This document shows, piece by piece, positions 35,667 through 49,761 of a DNA stretch of 60,688 bases. Below the pieces are notes generated by a model that did not search any database, was not told the DNA's origin, and saw nothing but the letters and a program-made list of their open reading frames with translations. How positions within the stretch are numbered: the first letter of the stretch is position 1; every line of letters begins with the position of its first letter. The position numbers and the translations under genes were made by a program. Origin of the DNA: Pelagibacteraceae bacterium (GTDB lineage: Bacteria; Pseudomonadota; Alphaproteobacteria; HIMB59; GCA-002718135); NCBI GenBank assembly GCA_017639935.1, contig JAGFWP010000018.1, forward strand, positions 1 through 60,688. The letters run 5' to 3'.

Positions 35667-38600
35667 ATGAACATTACTTATACAAATGTAAAAAAAATTA
35701 GAAAATCGTTTGGAAATATACCCCATATAACCCCCCTTCCTAATCTTATAGAAGTCCAAAAAAGATCATTTGATAATTTTTTACAATTAAATATAAATCC
35801 GGAAGATCGATTGAATAATGGACTTCATGCAGTATTTAAATCTGTTTTTCCTATTAATGACTACACAGAAAGAGCTACAGTTGATTATGTTTCTTACGAC
35901 ATTGGTGTTCCAAAATATGAAGTAGAAGAATGTTCACAAAGGGGAATGACTTTTGGAGCCCCTTTACAAGTAAACTTTAGATTAATTGTTTGGGATGTTG
36001 ATGAAGAAGCTGGAACAAAGTCAGTAAGGGATATTAAAGAACAAGAAGTTTATATGGGAGATATTCCCTTGATGACCAAAAACGCTACATTTGTAATTAA
36101 TGGAATTGAAAGAGTTGTTGTTAGTCAGATGCATAGATCACCTGGGGTATTTTTTGACCATGATTTTGGCAAAACTCACGTTAGTGGAAAATATCTTTTT
36201 AATGCTAGGATAATTCCTTATCGAGGTTCTTGGTTAGATTTTGAGCATGATGCAAAGAATAATATTCATGCCAGAATTGACAGAAAAAGAAAATTTCCTG
36301 TGACTACTTTATTTAAATGCTTAATTAGTTCAATATCAGAAAATTATATTCGCAGTCTTAGAGATAAAAAAATAGATCCTGATCCAAAAAAAATACAAGG
36401 TATGACAGGAGAAGAAATATTAGGAATTTTTTATAGATCTATTGGTTTTAAGAAAGGAAAATATGGATGGGATTCAAAACTTGATATAAGTTTTTATAAA
36501 GGCAAAGTTTTGAATTACAACATACTTGCTTCTAATAGTGGTAAAGTAGTTTTGAAAAATGGAACTAAAGTTACTCAAAGATTTGTTGACGAAATACAAA
36601 AGAAGAAAATAAATATTTTTTGTATCGAAGAAGAATCTCTGATTGGTAAATTTTTATCTTGTGACATTATAAATGAAAAAAATGGTAAAATTTACTTTGA
36701 AGCTGGTTATGAAATAAATGAGGAATTAATTGCTTTTCTCAATCAAAATAAAATTACAAAAATATTTACACTTAAATTAGACAATGTAGATATTGGATCT
36801 TACATAAGAAATACTCTTCAATTGGATAAAGCCAGATCAAGGGAGGAAGCTTTATTTGAAATTTTTAAAATTTTAAGACCTGGAGAACCTCCGACTATTG
36901 AAACTGCTGAATTGTTATTTAATAATCTTTTTTTTAATGAAAACAGATATGATCTTTCTGCGGTCGGTAGATTAAAAATAAATTCAAAATTTAAAAAAGA
37001 CATCTCAATTGATAAAAGAATACTTGAGAAAACAGATATTTTGGATGTTGTTAAACATATGCACAATTTAATAGATGGTATTGGAGAGGTTGATGATATA
37101 GATCATTTGGGCAACCGAAGAGTAAGATCAGTTGGAGAACTTTTAGAAAATCAATATAGAATTGGATTATTAAAAATGGATAGAGCCATTAAAGAAAGGC
37201 TAAGCTCCCTTGAGGTTGATAACATAATGCCCCAAGATATTATTAATGCCAAACCTGTATCAGCATCAATTAAGGAATTTTTTGGAACGAGTCAATTGAG
37301 TCAATTTATGGATCAAACAAATCCATTAAGTGAAATTACTCATAAAAGAAGAGTTTCAGCACTTGGACCGGGAGGTCTTAACAGAGAAAGAGCAGGATTT
37401 GAAGTCAGAGATGTTCATCAAACGCATTATGGTAGGATATGTCCGATTGAAACACCTGAGGGGGCAAACATTGGTTTGATAAATAGTTTGGCGTCTTATT
37501 CTAGAATTAATCAATATGGTTTTATCGAAACTCCGTACAGAATAGTTACAAAAGGCAAGGTTGGCGATAAAGTAATATATCTGAGTGCCATAAATGAAGA
37601 GGATTACGTCATAGCACAAGCAAATGCTGACATTGATAAGAATGGAAAGTTTATAGATGAACTTATTAGTTGTAGAAAAAATGGAGAATTTATTACTGCA
37701 GAAGCAGAGACAATTGACTTGATGGATGTATCTCCTCAACAACTCGTGTCCGTAGCATCTTCGCTCATCCCTTTTTTAGAAAATGATGATGCTAATAGAG
37801 CCCTTATGGGTTCCAATATGATGAGACAAGCGGTTCCTTTAATGAAACCAAAAGCCCCACTTGTTGGTACCGGGATGGAATTTACTGTAGCCAAAGATAG
37901 CGGTTCAACAGTTATTGCAAAAAGAGGAGGAATAGTTGATCAGCTTGATGCTAACAGGATAGTTATACGAGTCATAGATAAAAATGATAAGTCTCTAAAT
38001 AAGATTGACATTTATAATTTATTAAAGTTTCAAAGATCTAATCAGAATACATCTATCAATCAAAGGCCTCTTGTTGATGTCGGAGAGAATGTTGTAAAAA
38101 ATCAAATAATAGCAGATGGACCAGCTACAGAACTTGGTGAATTAGCCTTAGGAAGAAATGTGCTTGCCGCTTTTATGCCATGGAACGGATACAATTTTGA
38201 AGACTCAATACTAATATCCGAAAGAATAGTTCATGATGATGTATTTTCATCAATTCACGTTGAAGAATTTGAAATAATGGCTCGAGATACTAAATTAGGG
38301 CCAGAAGAGATTACAAGAGACATTCCAAATGCTAGTGAAGAAATGTTGAGAAACCTTGATGAAACAGGAATGGTTTATATTGGAGCTGAAGTAAAATCTG
38401 GCGATATATTGATTGGCAAAGTCACACCTAAAGGCGAATCTCCAATGACACCTGAAGAAAAACTTCTAAGGGCAATTTTTGGTGAAAAAGCTGCAGATGT
38501 TAAAGATACTAGTTTAAGGGTACCACCGGGCGCCAAAGGAACAGTTGTTGAAATAAGAGTTTTTTCAAGAAGAGGTGTAGAAAAAGATGAAAGGGCTGTA

Positions 38601-39878
38601 AGTATTGAAAATTCACAGATTGAAAGTATTTCTAGAGATCGCGATGATGAGTTGAATATACTTGAAAAAAGTTTTGCCAATCAATTAAGAGACATACTTG
38701 TAAATAAAAAGTTTATTTCAGGCAATGATTCTCTTAATAAAAATTCTATCCTTTCGTTTGAACAACTTGAAAATTTAAATGTTAAATCACTTTTAAGAAT
38801 TAATATTAATGATGAAAAAGCAATATCCGATATTGAATCAAGAACTAAGAATTATGACGTGCAACTAGGAAATATAAATCAAAAATTTGAAAATAAGATT
38901 GATAAAATTCAAAGTGGTGACGAGCTTTTACCTGGCGTTCTTAAGCTTATAAAAATCTTTGTAGCTATTAAAAGAACATTACAACCTGGAGATAAAATGG
39001 CAGGGAGGCACGGAAACAAAGGAGTAATATCAAAAATTTGTCCAGTTGAAGATATGCCATATCTAAAGGATGGCACTCCAATTGACATAGTTCTCAACCC
39101 GCTTGGTGTTCCTAGTCGGATGAATATTGGACAAATTTTAGAAACGCATTTGGGGTGGGCTTCTGCGTCTTACGGTAAACAAGTAAAAGAAATGTTAATT
39201 AAGATGCAGAGCGAAGGACAATCTTCTGAATTAAAAGATAAATTAAATGAAATTTATGACGATAATTCTCATAAAAAATTAATTAATAAAATGAATGACG
39301 ATGAAATTTACGAATTAGCAGATAATATAAAAGATGGAATTCCTTTTGCAACTCCAGTTTTTGATGGAGCTAAGGAAAATGATATTTCTCTTCTTCTTGA
39401 GAAATCAGGTGTTAAATCTACAGGTCAAGAAATTCTGACTGATGGGATTACTGGCGAAAAATTTGAAAGACCTGTTACTGTGGGCTATATCTATATGTTA
39501 AAACTCCACCATCTGGTTGATGAAAAAATACATGCAAGATCAATTGGACCTTATAGTTTAGTAACTCAACAACCACTTGGAGGAAAAGCCCAGTTTGGCG
39601 GACAGAGATTTGGTGAAATGGAAGTGTGGGCACTTGAAGCCTATGGCGCTGCTTATACTTTACAGGAAATTTTAACCATAAAAGCTGATGACGTTGCAGG
39701 CAGAACTAAAGTTTATGAATCAATTGTAAAAGGTGATCATAATTTTGAATCAGGAACGCCTGAATCTTTTAATGTTATGATTAAAGAATTGAGGTCTTTA
39801 GGCCTCAATGTTGATTTAAAAAAAGATTTAAAAAAAGATGAGGCATTAATAGAAAAATTAATGATCGATAATGAATAA
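35667..39878 (+). CDS. rpoB: DNA-directed RNA polymerase beta subunit
   Basis: 1403 aa with conserved beta-subunit blocks throughout (for example [34 protein letters not shown]). Confidence 0.99.
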   Translation: MNITYTNVKKIRKSFGNIPHITPLPNLIEVQKRSFDNFLQLNINPEDRLNNGLHAVFKSVFPINDYTERATVDYVSYDIGVPKYEVEECSQRGMTFGAPLQVNFRLIVWDVDEEAGTKSVRDIKEQEVYMGDIPLMTKNATFVINGIERVVVSQMHRSPGVFFDHDFGKTHVSGKYLFNARIIPYRGSWLDFEHDAKNNIHARIDRKRKFPVTTLFKCLISSISENYIRSLRDKKIDPDPKKIQGMTGEEILGIFYRSIGFKKGKYGWDSKLDISFYKGKVLNYNILASNSGKVVLKNGTKVTQRFVDEIQKKKINIFCIEEESLIGKFLSCDIINEKNGKIYFEAGYEINEELIAFLNQNKITKIFTLKLDNVDIGSYIRNTLQLDKARSREEALFEIFKILRPGEPPTIETAELLFNNLFFNENRYDLSAVGRLKINSKFKKDISIDKRILEKTDILDVVKHMHNLIDGIGEVDDIDHLGNRRVRSVGELLENQYRIGLLKMDRAIKERLSSLEVDNIMPQDIINAKPVSASIKEFFGTSQLSQFMDQTNPLSEITHKRRVSALGPGGLNRERAGFEVRDVHQTHYGRICPIETPEGANIGLINSLASYSRINQYGFIETPYRIVTKGKVGDKVIYLSAINEEDYVIAQANADIDKNGKFIDELISCRKNGEFITAEAETIDLMDVSPQQLVSVASSLIPFLENDDANRALMGSNMMRQAVPLMKPKAPLVGTGMEFTVAKDSGSTVIAKRGGIVDQLDANRIVIRVIDKNDKSLNKIDIYNLLKFQRSNQNTSINQRPLVDVGENVVKNQIIADGPATELGELALGRNVLAAFMPWNGYNFEDSILISERIVHDDVFSSIHVEEFEIMARDTKLGPEEITRDIPNASEEMLRNLDETGMVYIGAEVKSGDILIGKVTPKGESPMTPEEKLLRAIFGEKAADVKDTSLRVPPGAKGTVVEIRVFSRRGVEKDERAVSIENSQIESISRDRDDELNILEKSFANQLRDILVNKKFISGNDSLNKNSILSFEQLENLNVKSLLRININDEKAISDIESRTKNYDVQLGNINQKFENKIDKIQSGDELLPGVLKLIKIFVAIKRTLQPGDKMAGRHGNKGVISKICPVEDMPYLKDGTPIDIVLNPLGVPSRMNIGQILETHLGWASASYGKQVKEMLIKMQSEGQSSELKDKLNEIYDDNSHKKLINKMNDDEIYELADNIKDGIPFATPVFDGAKENDISLLLEKSGVKSTGQEILTDGITGEKFERPVTVGYIYMLKLHHLVDEKIHARSIGPYSLVTQQPLGGKAQFGGQRFGEMEVWALEAYGAAYTLQEILTIKADDVAGRTKVYESIVKGDHNFESGTPESFNVMIKELRSLGLNVDLKKDLKKDEALIEKLMIDNE

Positions 39879-42800
39879 AGAATTAAAAAATATTTTTAAA
39901 CAAACCCAAGGCGTACAAGAATTTGATAGTATTAAAATATCAATTGCAAGTACAGATCAAATTAGATCATGGTCTTTTGGAGAAATAAAAAAACCAGAAA
40001 CTATTAATTATAGAACTTTTAAACCCGAAAAAGATGGCTTGTTTTGTGCAAGAATATTTGGTCCAGTAAAAGATTATGAGTGTTTGTGCGGCAAGTACAA
40101 GCGAATGAAATTTCGAGGAATAATATGTGAAAAATGTGGTGTTGAGGTCACTCTTTCTAAAGTAAGAAGAGATAGAATGGGTCATATTGAGCTTGCTGCA
40201 CCAGTATCGCATATTTGGTTTATGAAATCATTGCCAAGTAGAATAGCGACCTTACTTGATATGACAGTAAAAAATCTAGAAAAAGTTCTCTATTTTGAAC
40301 AATTTATTGTTATAGAGCCAGGATTAACAGATTTAACAAAAGGCGAAATTATATCTGAAGATAAATATATCGATTATCAAGATGAGTATGGGGAAGATTC
40401 ATTTACAGCATCTATTGGTGCTGAAGCAATTGAGCATTTGTTGACAAATATAGATTTAGAGGTGGAAAGAAATCAATTAAAACAGGATTTGCAAGAAACA
40501 AAATCTGAGCTCAAAAAAATAAAAATTACCAAAAGACTTAAGTTAGTTGAATCATTTATATCATCAAAAAATAAACCAGAATGGATGATATTAAAAGTAC
40601 TGCCGGTTATTCCTCCGGAATTAAGACCTCTTGTTCCATTAGATGGAGGCAGATTTGCTACTAGTGATTTAAATGATCTATACAGAAGAGTTATTAACAG
40701 AAACAATAGATTAAAGAGACTTATTGATCTTAGAGCTCCCGACATTATTATTAGAAATGAAAAAAGAATGCTTCAGGAGTCAGTTGATGCATTGTTTGAT
40801 AATGGTCGGAGAGGTAGAGTTATAACATCTACTAACAAGAGACCCCTAAAATCTTTGTCTGATATGCTTAAAGGAAAACAGGGAAGATTTAGACAAAATT
40901 TGTTAGGAAAAAGAGTCGATTACTCTGGAAGGTCAGTCATTGTTGTTGGACCGAATCTAAAGTTACATCAATGTGGTTTGCCAAAAAAAATGGCACTTGA
41001 ATTATTCAAACCATTTATTTTTCATAAATTAGATATTTATGGTTGGGCTAATACAATAAAGGCAGCAAAAAAACTTGTTGAAAAAGAAGATCCTCGAGTT
41101 TGGGATATTTTAGAGGAGGTTATTAGGGAACATCCTGTATTACTTAATAGAGCTCCAACTCTACACAGATTAGGGATTCAAGCTTTTGAACCAATGTTAA
41201 TTGAAGGAAAATCAATTCAATTACACCCATTAGTGTGTACTGCATTTAACGCTGATTTTGATGGTGATCAAATGGCAATACATGTTCCTCTTAGTTTAGA
41301 AGCTCAATTAGAAGCAAGAGTATTGATGATGAGCACCAACAATATTCTCTCACCTTCTAGTGGAAAACCAATAATAGTTCCTTCTCAGGATATTGTTTTA
41401 GGTATTTACTATTTATCAATACTTCGAGAAAATCAAAAAGGAGAAGGAAAATGTTTTATTGATCTTGATGAAATTATAAAAGCTTTAGACAATTCTGATA
41501 TAAATCTTCATTCAAAAATATTTGCTCGTGTTAAAAATTTTGATTCAAGTATATCTAGAGTTGAGACTACTCCTGGAAGAATGTTGCTTGGCAGCATCCT
41601 TCCTCATAATGAAAAAATTAATTTTAATTTAATAAATAAAATTTTAACAAAAAAAGATGTAAGTAATATTATTGATACAGTTTACCGATTCTGTGGTCAG
41701 AAAGAAACTGTTATTTTCACAGACAGATTGATGAATATTGGTTTTAAGTATGCTGCTAAAGCTGGCATTTCATTTGGAAAAGATGATTTGATAATTCCTG
41801 AAGAAAAAAATAAGTTGATTGATGATACTCAACATAAAGTTCAAGAGTATGAAAATCAATATCAAGATGGCCTAATAACTCAGGGTGAAAAATATAACAA
41901 AGTTGTTGATGCTTGGTCAGAATGTACCAATCAAGTTGCAGACAAAATGCTTGAAACAATTTCATCACCTGTAGAAAGAAAACCTGTTAATTCAGTGTAT
42001 ATCATGGCACATTCTGGGGCTCGAGGATCCGCTGCTCAACTAAAACAATTAGCAGGTATGAGAGGTTTAATGGCAAAGCCTTCAGGTGAGATTATTGAAA
42101 ATCCAATTAAATCCAATTTTAAGGAAGGATTATCTGTTTTGGAATATTTTACTTCTACACATGGAGCTAGAAAAGGTCTTGCAGATACAGCTCTTAAAAC
42201 TGCTAGTTCCGGTTATTTAACAAGAAGGTTGGTTGATGTTGCTCAAGATGCAGTAATTAAGGAGGTAGATTGCGGCACACTAAATGGTGTAGTGGTTGAA
42301 GAAATAACAGAATCTGGAAACATAACATCTCCTTTAACAGAACGTATTTTGGGAAGAAGTCCTGTGGAAGATATTATTGATATTGAAGGTAATGTAATAT
42401 TAGAAAAAGGAAATATTATTGATGAGACTCATATAGAGTCAATAAATCTTTTGGGTGAAAGATCAATGAAAATTCGCTCTGTTCTAACTTGTGAAACTAA
42501 AGAAGGTATCTGTTCAAAATGTTATGGACGAGATCTTGCAAGAGGAACTCCTGTAAATATTGGTGAAGCAGTTGGGATAATAGCAGCGCAATCAATTGGT
42601 GAGCCTGGAACTCAACTCACAATGAGAACTTTTCATATTGGTGGCGCAGCAAGCGCTTCAGTCGAGCAGTCATCAGCAATATCTCCAATTAACGGAAAAA
42701 TTAAATCAGATAAACTCAAATTTATTAATGATGCAAATAATAATAAAATACTGTTAACCAGAAATGCTATAGTAAAAATATTTTCTAATGATGAAGAAAA

Positions 42801-44007
42801 ATTCTCTTTAAGAATTCCTTTTGGTTCAAGGATATTTTTTGACGACAATGACAAAGTTCAAACAAATCAACTCTTAGCTGATTGGGATCCATACACATTA
42901 CCTATTATTGCTGAAAAAGATGGCTACATAAAATATGTTGATCTTAAGCAGGGCGTGTCTTTTAGAGAAACAATTGATGATATTACCGGCATTTCAAGTA
43001 AAATTATAATAGATTGGAGCCAAAATCCTAAATCAAAAAATTTAAAGCCTTCAATCAGTATTGTAAAATTTCTTGATCAAGAAATTGATTCTGATGAATT
43101 GTTAAAATTAAACTATCCAATGTCTATAGATACTATTCTTGGCATTGAAGATGGAAATGAAGTTAAGGCGGGTCAAGTTATAGCTAGAATTCCAAAAGAG
43201 TCGTCTAGAACTAAAGATATTACTGGGGGACTTCCTAGGGTTGCAGAACTTTTTGAAGCAAGAAAACCTAAAGATCCGGCAATTATGAGTGAAATTGATG
43301 GAAAAATATCTTTTGGCAAAGATTATAAAAATAAAAGAAGACTATTGATTACTAGCATAGATGAAAAAGATGAAATAGAATTGTTAATTCCAAGAGCTAA
43401 ATATCTGACTGTGCAAGAAGGAGACTTTGTTAAAAGAGGAGATATTCTTGTGGATGGAACACCTGTTCCACACGATATTTTGAGAATTTTGGGAGTTGAA
43501 GAACTTGCAAAATATTTAGTGAGAGAAGTACAATCGGTCTACAAACTTCAGGGAGTCTTTATCAATGATAAACACATAGAAGTTATTGCAAGGCAAATGC
43601 TTCAAAAAGTTTTGGTGATAGATTCAGGAGATTCAACATTATTAGTAGGTGAACAAATTCACAAAGAAACTGTAAGAGAAATTAATAAAGGCTTAGAAGA
43701 TGAAAACAAATCATTGGTAAAATATGAGCCAGTTCTTCTAGGAATTACAAAAGCAAGTCTCCAAACTAAATCATTTATCTCAGCTGCTTCTTTTCAAGAA
43801 ACAACAAAAGTTCTCACTGAAGCTGCAATTCAAGGAAAAGTTGATACGCTTAATGGTCTCAAAGAAAATGTAATTGTAGGTAGATTAATTCCTGCTGGTA
43901 CAGGTAAAATTACAACAGCTTATAATGAAATAGCAAAAAAACGTGATTTTGCAAAACTTAGATCGCAGGCAAAAATTGAAGAAAATACAGAAAATTACAA
44001 CCAATAA
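39871..44007 (+). CDS. rpoC: DNA-directed RNA polymerase beta' subunit
   Basis: 1378 aa with the zinc motif CLCGKYK...C.KCG and catalytic NADFDGDQM. It overlaps rpoB by 8 nt. Confidence 0.99.
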   Translation: MNKELKNIFKQTQGVQEFDSIKISIASTDQIRSWSFGEIKKPETINYRTFKPEKDGLFCARIFGPVKDYECLCGKYKRMKFRGIICEKCGVEVTLSKVRRDRMGHIELAAPVSHIWFMKSLPSRIATLLDMTVKNLEKVLYFEQFIVIEPGLTDLTKGEIISEDKYIDYQDEYGEDSFTASIGAEAIEHLLTNIDLEVERNQLKQDLQETKSELKKIKITKRLKLVESFISSKNKPEWMILKVLPVIPPELRPLVPLDGGRFATSDLNDLYRRVINRNNRLKRLIDLRAPDIIIRNEKRMLQESVDALFDNGRRGRVITSTNKRPLKSLSDMLKGKQGRFRQNLLGKRVDYSGRSVIVVGPNLKLHQCGLPKKMALELFKPFIFHKLDIYGWANTIKAAKKLVEKEDPRVWDILEEVIREHPVLLNRAPTLHRLGIQAFEPMLIEGKSIQLHPLVCTAFNADFDGDQMAIHVPLSLEAQLEARVLMMSTNNILSPSSGKPIIVPSQDIVLGIYYLSILRENQKGEGKCFIDLDEIIKALDNSDINLHSKIFARVKNFDSSISRVETTPGRMLLGSILPHNEKINFNLINKILTKKDVSNIIDTVYRFCGQKETVIFTDRLMNIGFKYAAKAGISFGKDDLIIPEEKNKLIDDTQHKVQEYENQYQDGLITQGEKYNKVVDAWSECTNQVADKMLETISSPVERKPVNSVYIMAHSGARGSAAQLKQLAGMRGLMAKPSGEIIENPIKSNFKEGLSVLEYFTSTHGARKGLADTALKTASSGYLTRRLVDVAQDAVIKEVDCGTLNGVVVEEITESGNITSPLTERILGRSPVEDIIDIEGNVILEKGNIIDETHIESINLLGERSMKIRSVLTCETKEGICSKCYGRDLARGTPVNIGEAVGIIAAQSIGEPGTQLTMRTFHIGGAASASVEQSSAISPINGKIKSDKLKFINDANNNKILLTRNAIVKIFSNDEEKFSLRIPFGSRIFFDDNDKVQTNQLLADWDPYTLPIIAEKDGYIKYVDLKQGVSFRETIDDITGISSKIIIDWSQNPKSKNLKPSISIVKFLDQEIDSDELLKLNYPMSIDTILGIEDGNEVKAGQVIARIPKESSRTKDITGGLPRVAELFEARKPKDPAIMSEIDGKISFGKDYKNKRRLLITSIDEKDEIELLIPRAKYLTVQEGDFVKRGDILVDGTPVPHDILRILGVEELAKYLVREVQSVYKLQGVFINDKHIEVIARQMLQKVLVIDSGDSTLLVGEQIHKETVREINKGLEDENKSLVKYEPVLLGITKASLQTKSFISAASFQETTKVLTEAAIQGKVDTLNGLKENVIVGRLIPAGTGKITTAYNEIAKKRDFAKLRSQAKIEENTENYNQ

Positions 44008-44021
44008 ATTAGCTAATTTTC

Positions 44022-44050
44022 TTGACTTATGACCTTCTTATTAATAAGTA
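44022..44050 (+). promoter_or_regulatory. candidate promoter upstream of rpsL (CTTGACT-N16/17-ATAAGT/TAAGTA)
   Basis: TTGACT is at 44022-44027. A -10-like ATAAGT is at 44044-44049. The site lies in the 109-nt rpoC-rpsL spacer. Confidence 0.3.
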
Positions 44051-44116
44051 CGCGCTACTTTAGTCAATGGTGGTGGAAAATTCATTCCAAACGCTTGACA
44101 TTGGGAACTGTTATTG

Positions 44117-44488
44117 ATGCCAACGATTAACCAACTCGTAAGAAAGGGCAGGGAAAAGATTATTAAAAGGAATAAAGTTCCTGCTTTGGATTCATGTCCT
44201 CAAAAAAGAGGTGTATGCGTAAGAGTTTATACTACCACTCCCAAAAAACCCAATTCAGCACTAAGAAAAGTTGCAAGAGTAAAATTAACAAACGGACAAG
44301 AAGTATCCGCATATATTCCTGGCGAAGGTCATAATCTACAAGAACATTCAGTTGTGTTGATTCGTGGAGGGCGCGTAAAAGATCTTCCGGGGGTGCGTTA
44401 CCACATTTTAAGAGGAACACTTGATACTCAAGGAGTAGAAACAAGAAGACAACGTCGCTCACATTACGGAACAAAAAAACCGAAGTAA
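44117..44488 (+). CDS. rpsL: 30S ribosomal protein S12
   Basis: The ATG at 44117 gives the canonical [13 protein letters not shown]-terminus. The track ORF starts one codon earlier, at a TTG. Confidence 0.98.
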   Translation: MPTINQLVRKGREKIIKRNKVPALDSCPQKRGVCVRVYTTTPKKPNSALRKVARVKLTNGQEVSAYIPGEGHNLQEHSVVLIRGGRVKDLPGVRYHILRGTLDTQGVETRRQRRSHYGTKKPK

Positions 44489-44493
44489 TTTTT

Positions 44494-44964
44494 ATGTCCA
44501 GAAGAAGAGCAGCAACTAAAAGAGAAGTCTTACCAGATCATAAATACAAAGATATCATTCTTACTAAGTTTATGAATAGAATCATGCTGGATGGAAAAAA
44601 ATCAGTATCAGAAAGAATTGTTTATGGAGCTTTTGATATAGTTTTTAGTAAAACAAAAAAAGAACCTATAGATTTTTTTCATGAAGCTCTGAATAAAGTT
44701 AAACCCAATCTTGAAGTAAGATCTAGAAGAGTTGGCGGAGCTACTTATCAAGTTCCAATGGAAGTAAGGCCTCGAAGAGCCCAAGCACTTGCTATGAAAT
44801 GGATGATTGATTCTGCGTTAAAAAGAGGTGAAAAAACAATGAGGGAGAGAATTGCAAATGAAATAATTGATGCTTACAATAACAAGGGAAATTCAGTTAA
44901 AAAAAGGGAAGAAACTCATAAAATGGCTGAATCTAACAGGGCTTTTTCTCACTTTAGGTGGTAA
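44494..44964 (+). CDS. rpsG: 30S ribosomal protein S7
   Basis: 156 aa, conserved S7 sequence. Confidence 0.98.
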   Translation: MSRRRAATKREVLPDHKYKDIILTKFMNRIMLDGKKSVSERIVYGAFDIVFSKTKKEPIDFFHEALNKVKPNLEVRSRRVGGATYQVPMEVRPRRAQALAMKWMIDSALKRGEKTMRERIANEIIDAYNNKGNSVKKREETHKMAESNRAFSHFRW

Positions 44965-44970
44965 CATAAA

Positions 44971-47046
44971 ATGTCAAGATCTCACCCAATAGAAACATAT
45001 AGAAACATAGGCATCATAGCTCATATTGATGCAGGAAAAACCACAACCACTGAAAGAATTTTATATTACACAGGGAAATCTCATAAAATAGGTGAAGTGC
45101 ATGATGGAGCTGCAACTATGGATTGGATGGAGCAAGAACAAGAGCGTGGAATTACTATAACCTCCGCTGCAACCACATGTTTTTGGAAAGACCACAGAAT
45201 CAACATAATTGATACACCAGGACACGTCGATTTCACCATTGAGGTTGAAAGATCTTTAAAAGTTTTGGATGGCGCTGTCGTTGTTTTTGATGGCGTAGCT
45301 GGAGTGGAACCTCAGTCAGAAACTGTTTGGAGACAAGCTGATAAATACAACGTTCCAAGAATGTGTTTTGTTAATAAACTTGACAGAACTGGAGCTAACT
45401 TTTTTATGACAATTGATATGATCACTGACAGATTAGGAGCATATCCTTTAGTGATTCAACTACCAATTGGAAGTGAAACTAGTTTCAAAGGTATTGTTGA
45501 TTTAGTGTCGAATAAAGCAATCATTTGGAAAGAGGAAAAACTTGGGGCATTATTTTCAATACAAGACATACCTGAAGATTTAGTAAATCAATCGAAAGAA
45601 TACAGAGACAAACTTATTGAAAAAGTTGTTGAAGAAAATGATCAAATTATGGAATCTTATCTTAACGGCAAAGAACCATCTGTAGAAGAAATAAAAAAAT
45701 GTATAAGACTTGGAACTATTAAGGGAAACTTTGTTCCTGTATTAACTGGATCCGCATTTAAGAATAAGGGGGTTCAGCCACTTCTAGATGCGGTAATTAG
45801 CTATTTACCATCTCCAAAGGATGTAGAAAGCGTCAAAGGAATAAGTTTGTCTGATGGAACAGAACTTTTAAGAAAATGTGATGATAACGAACCTTTCAGT
45901 GCTTTAGCATTTAAAATTATGACTGATCCGTTTGTTGGAAGCTTGACGTTTGCGCGTATATATTCTGGAACAATTAGCTCTAAAGATAGTGTTTTGAACT
46001 CAACTTCAAACAGAAAAGAATCTATTGGTAGAATGCTATTAATGCATGCCAACAACAGAGAGGAAATCAAAGTTGCTCATTCAGGTGATGTTATAGCTCT
46101 TGTTGGTTTAAAAGAAGTTACTACTGGAGAAACTTTATGTGATATTAACAATCCTATTATATTAGAAAAAATGGACTTTCCAGATCCAGTTATTGAAGTT
46201 GCTGTTGAACCTAAAACAAAAATTGATCATGAAAAAATGGGCACCGCATTAGGCAGGCTTGCTCAGGAAGATCCAAGTTTTAGGGTAACGACTGATGAAG
46301 AAAGTGGTCAAACCATAATAAAAGGTATGGGGGAATTACATTTAGAAATTCTTGTCGATAGGATGAAAAGAGAATTCAAAGTAGAGGCAAACGTAGGAGC
46401 CCCTCAAGTGGCATATAGAGAAACAATATCAAAGTTAAGTAATGTCGATTATATTCATAAGAAACAGTCTGGTGGAGCAGGTCAGTTTGCTCGAGTAAAA
46501 ATTAGGTTTGAACCAGGAGATCCAGGAAGTGGATACGAATTTATTAATCAAATTAAAGGTGGAAACGTTCCAACAGAATTCATTCCAGGAGTTCAAAAAG
46601 GTCTTATTGCTCAACAACAAACTGGAATTATAGCTGGATATCCGTGCATAGATTTTAAGGCAACATTATATGACGGAGCCTTTCACGACGTCGATTCAAG
46701 CGTTCTTGCTTTTGAAATTGCAGCAAGATCAGCTTTTCGAGAAGGAGTGGCTAAGGCAGACCCCGTACTTTTAGAGCCGTTGATGAAAGTTGAGGTTGTT
46801 ACACCAGAGGAATATATGGGGGATGTAATTGGTGATTTAAATAGCAGAAGAGGACAAATCCAAGAAATGAATACTAGAGGGAATGCCAATGTTATTGATG
46901 CTATGGTACCTCTGGCAAATATGTTTGGCTATGTGAATAATTTAAGGTCTTTAACTCAAGGCAGGGCAAATTATTCAATGCAGTTTGATCATTATGAAGA
47001 AGTTCCTACTAATGTTGCAGAAGAAGTTAAGGCCAAATTAGCATGA
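44971..47046 (+). CDS. fusA: elongation factor G
   Basis: 691 aa with [20 protein letters not shown], and NKLDR. Confidence 0.99.
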   Translation: MSRSHPIETYRNIGIIAHIDAGKTTTTERILYYTGKSHKIGEVHDGAATMDWMEQEQERGITITSAATTCFWKDHRINIIDTPGHVDFTIEVERSLKVLDGAVVVFDGVAGVEPQSETVWRQADKYNVPRMCFVNKLDRTGANFFMTIDMITDRLGAYPLVIQLPIGSETSFKGIVDLVSNKAIIWKEEKLGALFSIQDIPEDLVNQSKEYRDKLIEKVVEENDQIMESYLNGKEPSVEEIKKCIRLGTIKGNFVPVLTGSAFKNKGVQPLLDAVISYLPSPKDVESVKGISLSDGTELLRKCDDNEPFSALAFKIMTDPFVGSLTFARIYSGTISSKDSVLNSTSNRKESIGRMLLMHANNREEIKVAHSGDVIALVGLKEVTTGETLCDINNPIILEKMDFPDPVIEVAVEPKTKIDHEKMGTALGRLAQEDPSFRVTTDEESGQTIIKGMGELHLEILVDRMKREFKVEANVGAPQVAYRETISKLSNVDYIHKKQSGGAGQFARVKIRFEPGDPGSGYEFINQIKGGNVPTEFIPGVQKGLIAQQQTGIIAGYPCIDFKATLYDGAFHDVDSSVLAFEIAARSAFREGVAKADPVLLEPLMKVEVVTPEEYMGDVIGDLNSRRGQIQEMNTRGNANVIDAMVPLANMFGYVNNLRSLTQGRANYSMQFDHYEEVPTNVAEEVKAKLA

Positions 47047-47354
47047 AGTTAAATCAAGACATTCGGATTAGACTCAGAGCCTATGACAGCAAACTTTTAG
47101 ACAATAGTACTTCTGAAATAATAAATACGGCTAAAAGAACTGGAGCTAAGGTTAGAGGGCCTATACCTCTTCCAACTAGAAATAAGAAGTTTACTGTTAA
47201 TAAATCTCCATTTATTGATAAAAAAAGTATGGACCAACTTGAAATAAGAACTCATAACAGATTATTAGATATCATTGATCCTACACCACAGACAATTGAT
47301 GCATTGATTAAATTAGACTTATCCGCAGGTGTGGAGGTAGACATAAAAATTTAA
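47043..47354 (+). CDS. rpsJ: 30S ribosomal protein S10
   Basis: 103 aa. Its start overlaps the fusA stop (ATGA). Confidence 0.97.
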   Translation: MKLNQDIRIRLRAYDSKLLDNSTSEIINTAKRTGAKVRGPIPLPTRNKKFTVNKSPFIDKKSMDQLEIRTHNRLLDIIDPTPQTIDALIKLDLSAGVEVDIKI

Positions 47355-47355
47355 T

Positions 47356-47997
47356 ATGCGTACTGGTATAATAGGAACAAAAATTGGAAACTCTTCTTTC
47401 TTTAATGAAGATGGTTCTGTTACTCCTATCACAATCATTAAAGTAGATGATTGTGTTGTTTCACAAATTAAAACAAAGGAAAAGGATGGTTACAATGCCA
47501 TTCAATTAGCGAGCATAGAAAATAATTTAAAAATATCTAATGTTAAAAAGCCCCAAAGAAAGATTTTTACTTCTATAAATAGTAAACCAAAGAAAGTTAT
47601 AAAAGAGTTTAGAGTTTTGGAAGAAAATCTTTTAGAGATAGGCGCTATCTTAAATGTGTCTCATTTTCAAAAAGATCAGATTGTTGATGTGACTGGGGTA
47701 AGCATTGGAAAAGGATTTCAAGGATCAATGAAAAGACATAATTTTAAAGGTGGGCGCGCATCCCATGGTGTTTCAGTTTCCCATAGAGCGCATGGTTCAA
47801 CTGGAAATAGTCAAGATCCAGGAAGGGTTTTTAAAGGAAAAAAAATGGCAGGACATATGGGGGCTAAAAAAGTTACAAAGCAGAATCTTAAGATTATTAG
47901 CGTTGATCAAGACAATAAATTAATTTCAATAATGGGATCTGTTCCTGGAAAAAAAAATACAGTGGTTTTGATCAAAGACGCAATTAAAAAGAGTTAG
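47356..47997 (+). CDS. rplC: 50S ribosomal protein L3
   Basis: 213 aa, conserved sequence and S10-operon order. Confidence 0.97.
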   Translation: MRTGIIGTKIGNSSFFNEDGSVTPITIIKVDDCVVSQIKTKEKDGYNAIQLASIENNLKISNVKKPQRKIFTSINSKPKKVIKEFRVLEENLLEIGAILNVSHFQKDQIVDVTGVSIGKGFQGSMKRHNFKGGRASHGVSVSHRAHGSTGNSQDPGRVFKGKKMAGHMGAKKVTKQNLKIISVDQDNKLISIMGSVPGKKNTVVLIKDAIKKS

Positions 47998-47999
47998 AT

Positions 48000-48623
48000 A
48001 TGAAGAAAAAAGTAGTTAATTTAATGAACAAAGAGGTATCTGAAGTTGAACTACCAGAATCTGTTTTTGGCATAAAGGTTTTTCCAGATATTCTTCATCA
48101 ATATATCCGCTATCAAAACGCCAAAAGTAGGCAAGGAACTCATAAAACCAAAACTAGGTCTGAAGTAAATGGTAGAGCAAAAAAACCATTTTCACAAAAA
48201 GGCACTGGCAATGCAAGACAAGGAAGCTCTAAACCTCCTAACTTTAGAGGCGGAGCAATTTCAATGGGTCCACAAAATAGAGATCATTCATTTTCACTTA
48301 ATAAAAAAGAAAAAATCCTAGCTTTAAAATGTGCTTTGTCAGATAAAATGAAAAAGAATGAAATAATATTTGTTGATTCTCTAGAAATAAATAGCCATAA
48401 GACAAAAGATCTTTTTAAATCATTACAAAATTTTTCTTTTAATTCTGCATTGTTTATTCATGGAGATGAGGAAAAAACAATAAATTTTAAAAGAGCTTCA
48501 TCAAATATACCAAAATTAGCAACTCTTTTAGACGAAGGAATTAATGTTAAAGATCTTATTTTATTTGAAAAAATTTTTATCGAAAAAAATTCAGTTCAAA
48601 AAATTTCAAAGAGACTTTTATGA
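48000..48623 (+). CDS. rplD: 50S ribosomal protein L4
   Basis: 207 aa, conserved sequence and operon order. Confidence 0.96.
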   Translation: MKKKVVNLMNKEVSEVELPESVFGIKVFPDILHQYIRYQNAKSRQGTHKTKTRSEVNGRAKKPFSQKGTGNARQGSSKPPNFRGGAISMGPQNRDHSFSLNKKEKILALKCALSDKMKKNEIIFVDSLEINSHKTKDLFKSLQNFSFNSALFIHGDEEKTINFKRASSNIPKLATLLDEGINVKDLILFEKIFIEKNSVQKISKRLL

Positions 48624-48940
48624 AAAAAAATATTAACAAAAATATATCAGATGAAAAAGCCTTTAGCATTATTAAAAAACCTTTGATGACTGAAAAATCA
48701 ACAAATTTAAATCAATATAACCAATACTCTTTTATTGTTAACAAAGATTCGTGTTCAAATGCAATAAAAAAAGCAATTGAGAAAATATTCAAAGTTAAGG
48801 TTACTAAGGTTAATACATCTGTAGTGCGTGGCAAGCTGAAATCATTTAAGGGCAATTTAGGATATAAAAAAGATTTTAAAAAGGCGGTAGTTACTCTAGC
48901 TGAGGGCAATACAATCGATTCATCTCTGGGGATTAAATGA
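48620..48940 (+). CDS. rplW: 50S ribosomal protein L23
   Basis: 106 aa, operon order, with a KPLMTEKS-type N-terminus. Confidence 0.95.
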   Translation: MKKNINKNISDEKAFSIIKKPLMTEKSTNLNQYNQYSFIVNKDSCSNAIKKAIEKIFKVKVTKVNTSVVRGKLKSFKGNLGYKKDFKKAVVTLAEGNTIDSSLGIK

Positions 48941-49761
48941 CTTTAAAAATATTAAAACCAACAAATGCTGGACAAAGAGGAACGATTTTAGTTGAGAAGT
49001 CACATCTTTGGAAAGGTAATTCAATAAAATCCCTAACTGTAAAGTACGGTTCAACAGGAGGCAGAAATAATCAAGGAAGGATTACATCTCGCAGAATGGG
49101 TGGCGGCGTAAAAAGAAAATACCGGATTATTGATTTTAAAAGAAATAAATTTGATATTCCGTGTGAAGTAATCAGAAAAGAATATGATCCTAATCGCTCA
49201 GCATTCATAAGTTTAGTTAAATATGATGATGGTGAATTTAGATATATTATTTCTCCTCAAAAAATTTCGGTCGGTGAAAAAATTTTATCAAGTCAAAATG
49301 CTGAAATTAAGGAAGGAAACTGCTTGCCTATAAAAAATATCCCTATTGGAACAAATATTCATAATATTGAATTAAAGCCAGGAGCTGGAGGACAATTAGC
49401 TAGATCTGCTGGTACATCAGCTCAAATAATGTCCAAAGAGGATGTTTTTGTTCAAATAAGGTTGGTTTCAGGAGAAATACGTCTAATTAATAAAAATTGT
49501 TTAGCAACAGTAGGGGTTGTTTCTAATTCTGATAACAAAAATATAAAATTAGGAAAAGCAGGCAGAAATAGATATCTTGGTGTTAGACCTAAGGTTAGAG
49601 GTGTGGTTATGAATCCAGTTGACCATCCACATGGCGGGGGAGAAGGTCGTACTTCTGGGGGCAGACATCCTGTGACCCCTTGGGGCAAACCTACAAAGGG
49701 TAAAAAAACTCGAAATAATAAAAAAACAAATGTGTTTATATTAAAAAGAAGGAAGAAATAA
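48937..49761 (+). CDS. rplB: 50S ribosomal protein L2
   Basis: 274 aa with the [14 protein letters not shown] motif. Confidence 0.98.
   Translation: MTLKILKPTNAGQRGTILVEKSHLWKGNSIKSLTVKYGSTGGRNNQGRITSRRMGGGVKRKYRIIDFKRNKFDIPCEVIRKEYDPNRSAFISLVKYDDGEFRYIISPQKISVGEKILSSQNAEIKEGNCLPIKNIPIGTNIHNIELKPGAGGQLARSAGTSAQIMSKEDVFVQIRLVSGEIRLINKNCLATVGVVSNSDNKNIKLGKAGRNRYLGVRPKVRGVVMNPVDHPHGGGEGRTSGGRHPVTPWGKPTKGKKTRNNKKTNVFILKRRKK

Noticed and set aside
44008-44021. The palindrome AATTAGCTAATT followed by TTT just after rpoC, as an intrinsic terminator.
   Set aside because: It forms at most a 4-bp AT-only stem once a loop is allowed. That is too weak to call a terminator.
44093-44116. A second CTTGACA box immediately upstream of the rpsL start codon.
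   Set aside because: A transcript starting downstream of it would lack a ribosome-binding site and the start codon. It is probably a chance match or part of the 5' UTR.
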